A program made the position numbers and the translations under genes. Shown here in pieces: positions 37,980-51,143 of a DNA stretch of 64,000 nt. How positions within the stretch are numbered: the first letter of the stretch is position 1; each line of letters starts with the position of its first letter. The DNA is taken from the NCBI RefSeq assembly GCF_964204645.1, contig NC_134027.1, forward strand, positions 12,990,485 to 13,054,484, read 5' to 3'. Source of the stretch: Tubulanus polymorphus (Eukaryota > Animalia > Nemertea). Below the pieces are notes generated by a model. That model made no database searches. It had not been told where the DNA came from and was given only the letters and a program-made list of their open reading frames with translations.

Positions 37980-38240
37980 GATTTCTATATGCTTTTCTCC
38001 AAAATGAGGTTGTTATACGTTATAGTAAAATTCATACATTAATAATTTTGATATTTCTAAAACTGATGCTCCAACATAAATTGGTTTATTAAATTTCATA
38101 AAAGTTCTCTTCATTTTAACCGCAGCTAAATTTTCATCAAATCTTCTGTTACCAATAAATTTAGGATGTGTTTGTAAATGTCTAATTCTTTTACCATTAC
38201 TAACTAACTCAATATCATTTCTATTTCTTATATTTTTTTT
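37980..38240 (-). pseudogene. polB: Fragment of a third, more divergent Polinton pPolB
   Basis: Reverse strand reads NIRNRNDIELVSNGKRIRHLQTHPKFIGNRRFDENLAAVKMKRTFMKFNKPIYVGASVLEISKLLMYEFYYNV*QPHFGEKHIEI, ending at the B terminus. Confidence 0.85.
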
Positions 38241-39213
38241 GGGAAGATTTTCTGTCGAAATATATATTCAAAGAATCGCTCGATCGTAATCAATGATGAA
38301 TATTGTGCGTGTGTTTTCTTCTGGAGAACCATGAGTTACATAGTTATACCATACATCAATACAAGCGCCTCGGCTGTCATGAACAACTTTCGTGCTCGCC
38401 TGAAGCTGAAAAGTCTTAAGACAAAATTTTTCTCACACAGCACAGAACTGATGCTCCAACATAAATTGGTTTATTAAATTTCATAAAAGTTCTCTTCATT
38501 TTAACCACAGCTAAATTTTCATCAAATCTTCTGTTACCAATAAATTTAGGATGTGTTTGTAAATGTCTAATTCTTTTACCATTACTAACTAACTCAATAT
38601 CATTTCTATTTCTTATATTTTTTTTGGGAAGATTTTCTGTCGAAATATATATTCAAAGAATCGCTCGATCGTAATCAATGATGAATATTGTGCGTGTGTT
38701 TTCTTCTGGAGAACCATGAGTTACATAGTTATACCATACATCAATACAAGCGCCTCGGCTGTCATGAACAACTTTCGTGCTCGCCTGAAGCTGAAAAGTC
38801 TTAAGACAAAATTTTTCTCACACAGCACAGAACTGATGCTCCAACATAAATTGGTTTATTAAATTTCATAAAAGTTCTCTTCATTTTAACCACAGCTAAA
38901 TTTTCATCAAATCTTCTGTTACCAATAAATTTAGGATGTGTTTGTAAATGTCTAATTCTTTTACCATTACTAACTAACTCAATATCATTTCTATTTCTTA
39001 TATTTTTTTTGGGAAGATTTTCTGTCGAAATATATATTCAAAGAATCGCTCGATCGTAATCAATGATGAATATTGTGCGTGTGTTTTCTTCTGGAGAACC
39101 ATGAGTTACATAGTTATACCATACATCAATACAAGCGCCTCGGCTGTCATGAACAACTTTCGTGCTCGCCTGAAGCTGAAAAGTCTTAAGACAAAATTTT
39201 TCTCACACAGCAC
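38061..39213. repeat. Three near-identical tandem copies of a 385-bp chimeric unit (pPolB fragment plus unrelated DNA)
   Basis: AACTGATGCTCCAAC at 38061, 38446 and 38831. Confidence 0.92.
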
Positions 39214-41264
39214 TTTTTCGACGTCACAATTTTCAAAAGTAAAAAACCCCCTGGTGGATGAACGGGACCCCAGTCAAAAATCCAAGACACCTACCTCATT
39301 GTACGTACATTTTGTATACAACACGTTAGTTTCAAGTAATCCGTCGAGGAATATTGTAATGCTAGCAGAATATAGAGTCATCCACGCTCTCGCGTATAGA
39401 TAAATAAATAGATAGCTGGATTAAAAATTCATCAGCTCTATTCAGTAGGTGATGACCTCAATTACTGCTATAAATACCAGCTGTATGTAGGGTGCCTTAA
39501 CATTGTGTTTACCACAGATGCACTGCTTTGTATAGAACATATATAGCACAGTACAGCGAGTGATATAACGCTCATGATCGTATTACACGCATGACACCAC
39601 AGAGCCGTCGGAAGGAATTTTTCAGTGGCGAGGCTTATTTCTGGAGGGGGTTTGGTGGCCCTCCCCTTGATAAAATTTTAAAATTCAATCGCCAGAGATG
39701 CGTTTTGGGGCCATTTCACGGTCTCAATCACAGAAGCATAAGAAGTCGTGAGCCGACCACCTAGTACGGGGAACGAGCTGCTACGCGGTACAGCGTGCTT
39801 TTGAAAAAATTTTGTTAAGCAACAAAGTGGGGCCGCCCCTGTTCCGACGGTCCTGCACCAACCCAAAATTGTTCCCAGACTTCTAATTAGTTGATTTTTT
39901 TTTGTTGAGTTCAGCGCTAGGCCCAAAAGTGCATACGAAACCCTCACAAGCTATTCTAGTAATTATAGCTTTTTCTCAAATTGGATGGATGACATGGATA
40001 TAGCGACAATGGAGAACAAGAGGGCTATGGGCTTTGAAACTTCGATTATCAGGGATTATGAAAAACGGTTGTTTCCGTTCCAGATGGCAGCACGAACTAG
40101 TTATTTTTTCACAGTAGTTTATATTGGAAATACCAGATGGCAGCACATAACGTTTGTCAGTTACATCATAATGCCATACAGAGCAAACCTTCCGACCCCC
40201 CCCCCCCCACCAATTTCTCAACGGATCTGGGCAATTTGGAAAGCTGTTTCTTTTAAATTTCTCATCACAAAAAAAACGGGAACCCGCCAAAAAAACGGAA
40301 AATAAAGAATGTCAAGCATAAAATAAGTTTTATTTTTATAGTTATACATTCCAAAATTGAAAAAGCCATTTCAAAATACATTCCAAAATCGGTAAATGTT
40401 ATTAAAAAATTAAGTTGCTTCTAACAGACATATTCATTTCGATAATACAGTTGACTAACTTAAGTTTTCTAACACAGTAGACTCTGTCCAAACCGGTAAA
40501 GGTTTATCCGATAATCTGTTCAATTCGGTAAAATAAGAATACGTTTTCCGTTTGCTACATTGAATTTCACACTTCTATTAACCGAAAACCGCCTAATTCG
40601 GTGGAAAAATGAAGGTCAACTATACCGGGGTTCAGAGCTAAAACACGACTAAGGGTCGTTGAAGGTTAAAAAATTGAGTACAAATATTAACATTATATTC
40701 GAACTTTTACAGAAGTCCAATTTAATCAAAGCGGTAACACGGCGGTTTCACTTTAATCGATCTAACAATACAGAGACCAGGTGAGGAGCTTACAAAAAGA
40801 ATGAAAGGTAAACCGTGTCAACAATCTGACAATTACAACATCTAACAGCCCTGGGGGGGGGGGGGGCATATACAAGAAACTATATACGGTAGACTCTGCT
40901 TAGCCAGAAACAAGGGATCCACGAATCTTTACATCTCAGGCGCAGTAAGTCAATTGAAGAAATTGTGGGACCATTGAGACATTGGATTAATGAGATGCAG
41001 GACTAATGGGATGTGGAATGAATTGTGGGTCTAATGAGTATCATCAGTACTCTACGTTATAAATACTTCTTTAGATACACGCTAAAGCGAAAGAAAATCT
41101 AACAGCGATCTAATGTCAATCGGCGCGGCGCCGGGCTTGGGCCAATTTGATTGTGCCCCTATCGATGATGTAGCATATTGATTGAATCTTCTATTTTTGC
41201 ATAATAAAATAGTTTTGGGGAGATGGAATCAATACGTACGACAACTATCAAATTTAAAATACAC

Positions 41265-44046
41265 ATATGAAAGGCTGAATCCAAGAACATGGTCTATTGC
41301 ACTTCTGATCTCAAACGTCTACTTTTACTTAGCCACTTGAGAACAATAAGCAATTAACAATACCGGCTACTTTTCCAGTAGTATACATTCAAAAACAGTG
41401 ATTCAGTTAAGATCTGAAGATTCTGCCGATACTCTATGGGGATGTGAAATGTAATGAGTGATTCTCTACTCTAACCAATAACAATCGGGACTGGAGTTAA
41501 ATTGGCTTACCAATTGTCATTACTAAAGTTTTAAGAAACCGAAATTTCCTTCTTTTCATGGCGATATTAATGAAATGAAGAATTCATTTTTAACAAATGC
41601 AGCTACTTTTAAGCATAGGTCTGCATTCATTTTTATTTAAATTCTTAAATTAGAAGCACAATCATAAATTCAGGCTAACCTCTCATTATTAAAATGGTGG
41701 TTTATTTTAACGGGGGAGGGGGTCTGGATTTCTTTACATCTTAAATTAAGATGTGAATTTTGGAGTGTTCGAACTTCCCTGAATTTCATATTAATTTCAC
41801 TAAATCATTGATTTAAAAAAAATAGAATATGCTATATCCATGTGGATTTTAAACATTTTAAAGAAATCTCCCAAAATTGTAACAAGAGGCCCATGGGCCT
41901 TGAGGCATGGTGGATTATACTGTGGTAAGGTATTAAGTGGTTAATGTCTTACATCTGCTGGCAAATTTTCTATGGCGATGTTCATTGGGAGGATCACAGA
42001 CTTAAGGTCTTAATGTACGATTTGCTGAAAATGAATTTCATTTTTTGCTGAACGATTTAGTCTACGCTATTTGTATTGTTACATCTCATTAATGCGATTC
42101 TGTTAAAGACGAAACTAGTTTATTCTGATGTTTTCCATCATATCCCAGCCAAGAGATTTATATCAATCAAGATTATTTCGGCCATTTCGCCTACACAAGA
42201 TTAGTATAAACGAAGTACAACTGTAAGGGCAATCTCGACTGACTGTGGTTTTTCTTGCATGAACTGTTAGGCCCTATTGCTGAATAATGAAAAAAAAACA
42301 GAACGATTTTTCTGAATGAAAAATCCTCAGATGCGTAATAGTAAATAGATCAATCGGACAAACGTATGCACATCAAAACGTTGCACAGAGAGAAATGCCG
42401 GCATTGTTGTCACTGAGGCCGGCTGATGATTGCTTGTTTGCCTTTTTGGTTTTTTACGTCGTTCGGATCTTGGTTTCCCATCTTCATTTAACCTCATGAC
42501 GGAACGGCCTTTGAAGTGTTGTCTGCACACTGTAAGCAGCCAGCAGGACTCGAACCCACTTGTCACCCAGCATTGATAGCGGGTGCAACAACAAGGCCTT
42601 ATCTCACTGAGCAACAAAGGCCGCTCGATTCAATTCCAAAATAAATTGCCCATGGGCAAAGTGTGGTTTACTTTGAAAAAGCTAGAGGTTGTTTGGAGCA
42701 AGGGCATTACTTACAAAAAATCTTTTTAATTCATGACTTCAAAGTTCGATAAGTTAATATTGTATTTTATCTTTCTCAAAGAATTATTTTGTAGTCAAAT
42801 AAGACAAAAGATATACATTGTTTACGGTCCACGTACGACATTTCGTAGGGTAAGCCTACATGTAGGCGCGGCAGGGAAACTATTTTTTGAAAAAATATTT
42901 TTCACAATACGAGAAAATATTAAAATGAAATTCATATCAGAGGGTGGATGAATATTGAGTCTTGGAAACCTCTTCCCATGTATGGCCGCGGAAGCTAAAA
43001 TACCGGTGCCGTAAAAAAGTATGTAAGTAGATCGTTATAAACCACTAAAATAGTCACACCTAGACCTATAGTTTGCTGGTGGTCTTGTTGGTGGTCAGTG
43101 CAGCTTGTTCACTCGTTCATCAATCACTGTCTAAAGTAGTTAGTTAGTGTAATTCAACCGCTGAACGAGAACTGCAGCTGGCCTTTGATGATCTATATAA
43201 ACAATTCACTCAAGCAGGAAAGCATGTGAAACTAAAATTACAGCCTATTGCATTTCTTTTACTTAGGCCAAAAGAAGATTCCTCTATCAAATGGATTACT
43301 GATTTAAAAATTACGTGAACATCTCAATTGAAATTATAACAGCATTTAATCAATCAATAATAATAATTGTTAGGCTTATTCTCACAGCATATGCTTAGTG
43401 AGTAATGGGTATTCGATTACAAAAGGATGCAATATGATACGCTAAGCTTATGATCTTATATTTGAAGTTGGTAATCTCATTTCAACCAAACTGTATAACT
43501 GTGAAATGAAATTTAGAGTAAGTTATCAATTCGAACAAGCATAAAAGGGTTAAATATTCATTAACAAACAAGCGGAGAACAGTGTCTAATGTATTACTTA
43601 ATCCATCACATGGATTACTTAAACATCGATTGTATCGAAACAAACAATAATTATAGGTTAATTCTACGTATTTTAGATACACTTGTTTGGAATATTTTTT
43701 GTAGTCTTTCATCCAGATAATGAGATAAATAGGACATAATTCATGAACACATGATTCAACGCTGTTAACGATCAGGTGGTTTTACAGTTACCCCTACTGC
43801 TAGTGTGCACTATCCAAACCAAATGTTTTAAAACGGTCACTTTTCAATAGTAGACTCTTTAAAACAGCTACTTTAGAAAACCAACCAATTAATTGAAAGT
43901 AGACTATTTCAGAGTGATTGTTTTTGAACGTATACTGCTGGAAAAGTAGCCGGTATTGTTGCTTATTGTTCTCAAGTGGCTAAGTAAAAGTACACGTTTG
44001 AGCTCAAAAGTGCGATAGACATGTTCTTGGATTCAGACTTTCATAT
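41265..44046. repeat. Pair of ~130-bp inverted repeats, possibly the TIRs of an old non-autonomous DNA transposon
   Basis: 41265..41398 (TATGAAAGGCTGAATCCAAGAAC...) is the reverse complement of ~43919..44046 (...GTTCTTGGATTCAGACTTTCATA). Confidence 0.65.
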
Positions 44047-44414
44047 AATAAGACTGTCCAATGACTGGGAAATGAGAAAGTAAATCCTACACAAAAATGA
44101 AATTCTTGATATGGACTTTCCAAAATTTACATGAGTATGTTTAATCAGCATCAACATTAAACATTGGTAGTCTAGATTAGAGACTATAAGCAGAACAAAT
44201 GAAAAATAGTGAAAACTGTTGAATTGATTCAAACAATGGGAGAAGACTGACTTTTTACAGACGATTAGATCGAAAATAAGGACGGAAACTATCAAGAAAA
44301 AAATGTCTTTTTCAAATTATGAATTGAAACGCATACCTATCTTCGGAATGAAGTTTTTGGGAGAATTTCAGAGAATCCGTGCTCCAAGTAATCAAAAAAG
44401 CCTAAGATGTCCCC

Positions 44415-44705
44415 CTTGATTGAATACAGAAAGTTTCATGAAAATCTGTCAATTGATACGATCTCCATCACACACAACAGCATGCCGATTCATCAAACAT
44501 GGTACTGGGTTTCCCCACTGACTCAAATAGACACGTTCATCGTGTGACGATTTCTTGATTGAATCCAGAAGTTTTCATGAAAATCAGTCTATTGATAAGA
44601 TCTCCATTACACACAACAGCATGCCTGCCGACTCATCATGGATATACATGGTAGTTTGTTTTCCCCACTAACTCAAATAGATACGTTCACGGTGTAACGA
44701 TTTCT
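44415..44705. repeat. Two-copy ~140-bp tandem duplication
   Basis: CTTGATTGAATxCAGAA..TTTCATGAAAATC..ATCTCCAT..CACACAACAGCATGCC at ~44415 and ~44554. Confidence 0.7.
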
Positions 44706-47665
44706 ATACACTTTGTACGAAGTTTGTCAGACAATTCATTTTCGTAAATTGAACAATTTCCAAGATTCACTTCCCCTATCCAATTCTACTGCTCTAAAAA
44801 GGGGTAATTCATTTATTACGTACACATTAGGGGAGGGGTCAATTCAAAATTCAAAATTTTATGCGTACGTGATAAATGAATGTTCCCTTATAAAATTCAC
44901 TGCATTTCACGACCGTTGGCAGTTGAATCATTTGCAGTTTCCAAAAAAACTTTAACTAGGCCTTAGCGAGGCGCGCTTTTCATATATATGCACGGATCAA
45001 TACACCGTATAGCAGCGAGTATGTGTCAGCACATGTGTGAAGCATGAATGAAACAAAATGTAGTACCAGGGAAGTGTGATGAGTCTCATCACACTTCCCT
45101 GGTAGTACCAACAACAAATAAATAACTAATTTGATAAATAAGCAACAGATTCCGATGAAATTCAATAGGGTTAGAGCTTTTATTACTGCATTGAATGTTT
45201 TAAAAGTTCCAAAGAAAAACTAAGCCTCGATTGGAAATTATTTTGTACCAAAGGAAGAAAGTTTCATATGAGATAACAAAATGGACTATTTGCACGAATA
45301 TTCGAGCAGATTAAAGTTTGCCTGCGTCTTATAATCAAATATGCCCTTTCATTGTTTGGCTGCTAGAGATCAGCCAACTGCAGGGAGCATTTATTTTACA
45401 TCAATTTAACGAAACAACATGCTCCTCGGAATTTTCTTTAAAATCGCCACAAATTCGTCGATTGCTCTTAAAATGGACGCGAAATTCAAAATTCTATTTC
45501 CAACAGATTTTGGCTGCACGATCGAGCTACATTTTGCACATGTATATATTGGATTGCATGTGTAAAAGTTACAACCTCATTTGTAAGCAAAAATTTGATT
45601 GGATCTATTACAAAATCTCGGGCCCCGAGATAAAAAATCAACTAGTTAAGCGGAATTTGAGTAAGTGAAATATTTTGGCGCAAGACAAAACGAAGGCAAC
45701 CACATGTTGACATTCGATAGAATATCAATAAGCATGTGTACAGGCAACAGGCTGCTAATTTTCGGTTTTTAGGATCGCTAGCCATGCTGGAGACTAATAA
45801 CTGAATATGTACTAAAAACTGAATATGTACCAGTCTTGCATTATTATATTGTCAGAAAACACGTAGTGTTTTCAATTGATACTTGTGTTTACTGCCGGGA
45901 GATCGTTCAGATATTCAAGTTGAGAGGAATTTGAACGTGATTGTGGTCAGAAATAGGTAGAGTTGACCAAATATTCCAGCTTTGTGAATTTAAATGTATG
46001 GTTTAACATAGGAGATTTGTTAATTTCAACATTTGCAGAGTTGAAGAAACTTGCCACAAACAAAAGTCATGTCATAAGCAACTTTGCAATTGTTACATTG
46101 TGGTACATTTTTATAATTCCACGTCCCCGGTGAAGTATTGCAAAAGCCAATAACCTTGGCAATCAATACATAAGAAATTGCCATGATCTCCAACTTTGCC
46201 AGATTGTGATTCCAAAATGTACATGTAGGTAGTTACCAATATATATTGAAATACTCAACTCCCCTGATTTTGGGAACAATACTATACTTTGGCATTCCTA
46301 ATTCTACAATAGAGAACTGATGAAACTGACATGGCTGCAGACTGTAACATTTGACTAATTAAAACCTGTCTCTGATAGGTTAAAAAATTTCAAGGTAATA
46401 TGACTAATCATTAAGAAGCTAAAAGCTAAGACCCAAAATGACCTTTTTTGAACAAAAAAGGTCGCAAGAGGGCTATCTTGAATCAAATCAACCAAAATTT
46501 TCTTGTGATGCTAGGCCACAGGGAGATGCACATACATTCCAAATCTCTAAGCAATTGATTGAGGCTAAAAAAGTTGATACCTTGTTTTTCCGCTCTGCTG
46601 AGCTTAAAAGTTGACCCGGCCTTTCTGCCCTGTACATTACTTTTTCTAAAATCGAGATCAATTCTACCATAAACATCCTCGCTTGCCAGGGGTCCGGTAT
46701 CGCTCCCAAACTCACTTCCACCAGCCCCCTGGCCTCACGAAGCGTGATTTCATTACTGGCGCTGTTGCGCATGACGTCATATATCAACACGCGACAATAC
46801 TTCCGCGTTCACTACGTGTTCGCTGATTGGTCCATTTACCGGGAAATTCCATAGATGCCTAATGTCGTTTGTACCAAGCGCTGTGATTGGCCCGACCTGA
46901 TTCTGGTCGGCTCGTAACGACTCCAACGACTCGTGAGGTCAAGGGGTTCGTGGAACGGCTTTAGCAGAGTGGGTTCGAATCCCTTGACGGGTGAAGATGA
47001 CCATAACAGACTCAGCAGCTATATAAATGAACTGATTACAAATTCCATTATATTTTATGGTTTTGTTTGGCCCTAAGGGTCAAGAACTTACCAAAAATTC
47101 CAAAATTCTAAAATGTGGTATAGTCCTGATTTTGCCAAAGAACATTGGCCATAAGTCAGTCATTTTGATTGGGACATTTTGTGGAAGCAGATATCAAAGC
47201 GCATTAAAAAACTCTAGTAATCCAGTGACACCAATGAAATTTTTTACGATCAGACGGATTCAATATTCAATGCCATGGGTGAATTAGTACAGTAATCAAT
47301 GAAACTCATTACACAATCACAATCATAGAGCTTGTAATAAGCTACAATTCTGCAAATGATTGCGGTCACAAAATATGCAGAGCTACCAGATACTGCAATA
47401 CCATGTTATTCTGCTATTCAACACCCCCAAGTGAAAATACAAAAAAATCATTTACCTTGAATCATAGAGCATGTCATGAGCACAAAAAAGGTCATTGAAG
47501 ATATTGAAACAAAAATAGGCACCAGCCTGGTCTGTTTAATGTAGGAAAGAGAGGAACAAGGTATCATATTACCTGTATGGGGCCCAAAAGAGCATAATTC
47601 GGTTAAACGTCTTGGTGGAAGTTCATGTGCGCCTCCTGTCGCCCATCTATTACAAAGATTTAATC

Positions 47666-48642
47666 TCATATCTGTTGACCTTGGCCTGTACCATGCTTAC
47701 TTTCCATTTCTACTGCATCACCTTTAGGCCTATTAGGCCTTACATCTAAGGGCTCCATTTCAATACTTTCAGTCTCTTTTGATTCTGCTTTTAATTCCAT
47801 GAACAGTTGAATAGCTTCCCGTAAGCCAATACCAATTATTATCAAATTTTTCACAACAAATGAAGAAATGTCTGAAATCAGGACATGCCATATGTACATT
47901 CTTATCCCGAAAAAAGGTACATTCACTAGAAAGGTAAATGCTAAAACATGAACTATCTGCACTTTAATAGAATATGGTTTTTTTCCAAGTGGCGTATGGC
48001 TAAGAACGAGCAAGGGAAATACTGGCAATATGAAGCTAATCAACCCAAATGACAGAATAATGTTTTCGAGGTTGAATGTTAACATAACTCTTGATTCTTG
48101 TACAAAAAGCACCTCCATGAATTCTACACTGTCTATTATGTCAAATGTAACTGAAGTTGACCATGCATTCATTATTCTTTTTCGATCTGAATTAAGAGGT
48201 GCATTACTATGACTATTGAATAATAGCAGGAACATGATTGATGACAATGCAAGGCTTGCTTTCAGTGTATTAGGTCCAAACACATAAGATTCCTTCAGCT
48301 GATTTGCGATGTGCTTAAATATTATAGCTGCTTTTGCCAGCAAGATGACAACATAAAATAACCAAGCGATGTATCCAAAGGGAAGCTCCCCAGAATACTT
48401 GTCGGTTTCCCTAGGTCGTTTATGCGGATAAAATATGTAGATGTATGACTGGGCAAGGGCCCAAGCCAACACTCCAATAACGATAACATCGGCTACGATC
48501 CAAGAGTACCATCTGGTATTGAAATACATCACGAGGTAAGCATTCAAAAGAACACTCTGGAGTACAGCAACAAGGATGCAGCCAATACGAGTTACAAGTC
48601 CTAGCAACTTCTCACAGCAGCTTTGAGTACTACCAACATCAG
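47666..48642 (-). CDS. TMEM121: Host TMEM121/CECR6-family multipass membrane protein, large coding exon; start is in an upstream exon
   Basis: Intact ORF with several TM helices and motifs WIVADV, GELPFGYIAWLFY, FGPNTLKASLALS, DIIDSVEF, LVNVPFFGIR and KN. Pyrimidine-rich acceptor TTCTCTTCTCTCATTTAG at 48643. Confidence 0.8.
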
Positions 48643-49659
48643 CTAAATGAGAGAAGAGAATTAGTTAATTTTCCTTAGAAAACTTTTCAATCCGGCAATG
48701 AAAGATCCCACTGGGGTTATACCCAAAAGGCTGAAGTGGTTTTAGTTAGGAAGAATATCAACAATTTAATAATTGTGTCAGTTAGAATAACTGTCTAATT
48801 CTTTCTTTTTTTTATCATGAAATAGGGATTGCTTCTTTCTTACCCCCACTCCACCCTCAAACTCTAATAGCCTTAATAAGAAAAATTTAAAAAATCTAAA
48901 ATACCAACATCATCTGATGCAGCTGTCAATTAGAACTTTGTACCTTTCTCGACAGTCAATTGACACTTCTTTCCTATCATCCGGGAATCTTATCACCCAG
49001 GTTTAACACCACTGAACCCCAGGATTCAAAGTATTTCACTACTTTATAGATGTTAGGCCTGCCCTAGATGGCCACCAATTGCGTAACAATTGGCTGATCA
49101 AAAATGCCTGTCACAGGTATTAAAGATAAAGATCCCTTTCCATAGAATAGCCACTGCAAATTTCAATGAAAAATGGCAAACCAGTAGGAAGCAACAGGAC
49201 TCTGAATTCGGGCCAAAATTGGCATTTTTGGGCACAAAAAAAGTCACAGGGCAGCCATCTTGTGTTCGATCGACCTAATTCCCTTATGCTGATAGGCCCT
49301 TGGGGGATACAAATACATACGAAAGTTTAAGATAATTGATCTAAGTGTCTTCAAATTATCCCTCGAAAACTTGAAAAATGTGCAAAAAGTGCTGAATTTG
49401 GCGAACAATGGCTGCCAGTCAACCATCTTGAAACTGAGTTTTCGGGCTGAAGATGTGTCTAGGGTTAATCCATGTGTAACCCAAATATTAAGACATGAGA
49501 TTGCAGTGTCTTCAAAACTTCCGAAAAGACGGACGAAAAGAGAACGCAATAACCCGCCGGAACTTAAGTCCCAAATGGGCTAAAAAGGTATCCCAGAATT
49601 TTAGGTTATTTTAAGAATTATAGGAGCTGTAGGAACCAGGGTGTATATGAAGACTGATT

Positions 49660-49722
49660 CCATTTCAATATGAAGGGTGATGATCACAAGACTTCTGATC
49701 ATCACCCTTCATATTGAAATGG
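49660..49722. repeat. Perfect 27-bp-stem hairpin with 9-nt loop
   Basis: CCATTTCAATATGAAGGGTGATGATCA caagacttc TGATCATCACCCTTCATATTGAAATGG. Confidence 0.9.
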
Positions 49723-50002
49723 TGAGCAGGTAGTTCCAGGCTTGCAGATGGATACCGGCAATTAAGCCTAACACAATCCAACCTTTTCGTTAGGTATTCC
49801 TACTTACTATTTTCATTGTTTGAAGCCATATGCTGCTCTTGCATGATATTAACAGCACAGAAGCTAATATACACATGTATATACTGTAGGCTTAAGTATC
49901 TTCTTTCTTGTCTTCAAATACTATTCTATTGGAAAAAAAGTTGTGAATTAACTTGGATGTTGATTATGGTAGCTTCATCCGATGGCTCTATTAGCTAATT
50001 TA

Positions 50003-50784
50003 TAGTCAACCTCGGTTAATCCATATCACTAGGGACTGAGCTTTTTAGTACGGAATAAGTGATATACAGATAAAAGATAATTCGTCATTGATACGAATTA
50101 ACTATTACCTGTATATTACCCGTATGATTTAAGTGCACAATCCGTATAATAGCTGGTTTAGTTATCACTCAAACCGTGGACGACTACTACAGTAGAACCA
50201 CATTCTAACGATCCGGGGGGGGGGGGGAGAATAAAAAGTTTATAGTATCCAATGGTTCATTAGATCCATTTGATATCATTTATACATAAGAAAACACCCC
50301 CTGGTGTGATAAAAACACAAACCAACTGGTTTCAGTAGAGTAGGACTATTTGAAGCCATAGTATGTCTAAATACAGATAAGTCACAGGCCATGTACTTGA
50401 GGGCAATTCATCAAAGGACTTTCGCTGATTGACAGATAATAGCATCTGTGTTGAATATTTAGTGAAGCTTGAGACTATGACATTGATGGATTTACTTCAG
50501 TGTTTTCTGGAGTTTCTCATATTTCCTACTTACCACATAAACCTCATTAGATTACAGATGTTTATACTTTTTTCACTTCAAGTGTATGTTCCTGATACGG
50601 ATTACACATTAGGATTTACATATGAATTGGACAACGGGACCAAGCATTTGTCTACGGAATAAGTGAAAATACGGATTATGGAGTACGAATTAGACAGAAT
50701 TTTTAAGGGAATACCGTTACTGAAAAATGGGACGGATTTATTTATACGGAATAAGCACTTAGACGGATTAACCAAGGTTGACTG
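50003..50784. mobile_element. Tc1/mariner-type MITE
   Basis: TIRs TAGTCAACCTCGGTTAATCC / GGATTAACCAAGGTTGACTG; internal repeats of TACGGAATAAG. Confidence 0.6.
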
Positions 50785-51143
50785 TTTACATATTATATGT
50801 ATAAAAATCTATATACATATTATATGTATATAAATTAGCTTATAGTGTCATATGTATACATAAATATATATAAAATATAAAGTAAAACCTCCCTATACTG
50901 AAATGGTAAACACCTTTTCTGGTACAGAAGGTTCGTAATAGCTCCCTATAGTGAACAATAATGAATAGTAGGTGGGTTATGTGCAGTGCTTCATCTAGCA
51001 TTAAAAAAGGGCAGGGTGCTGATTTCAAATAAGAGCATTTTTGCGTGTGATTCCATTGGAGCAAGGGCACATAATAACGCACTCATGTCTGTTTTAGGGG
51101 CAACCTGCAATGTTCCCTATTGCTTAGAATCGAGGTACCTGGC

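Noticed and set aside
46880-46995. tRNA/SINE-like stretch (GGGTTCGAATCCC)
   Set aside because: Only a B-box-like motif; no convincing cloverleaf or A-box could be built.
39400-47400. Numerous 60-116 aa ORFs and possible small minus-strand exons (e.g. ~46581..46645, ~42370..42520)
   Set aside because: No recognisable domains. Splice-like signals alone are insufficient without transcript data.
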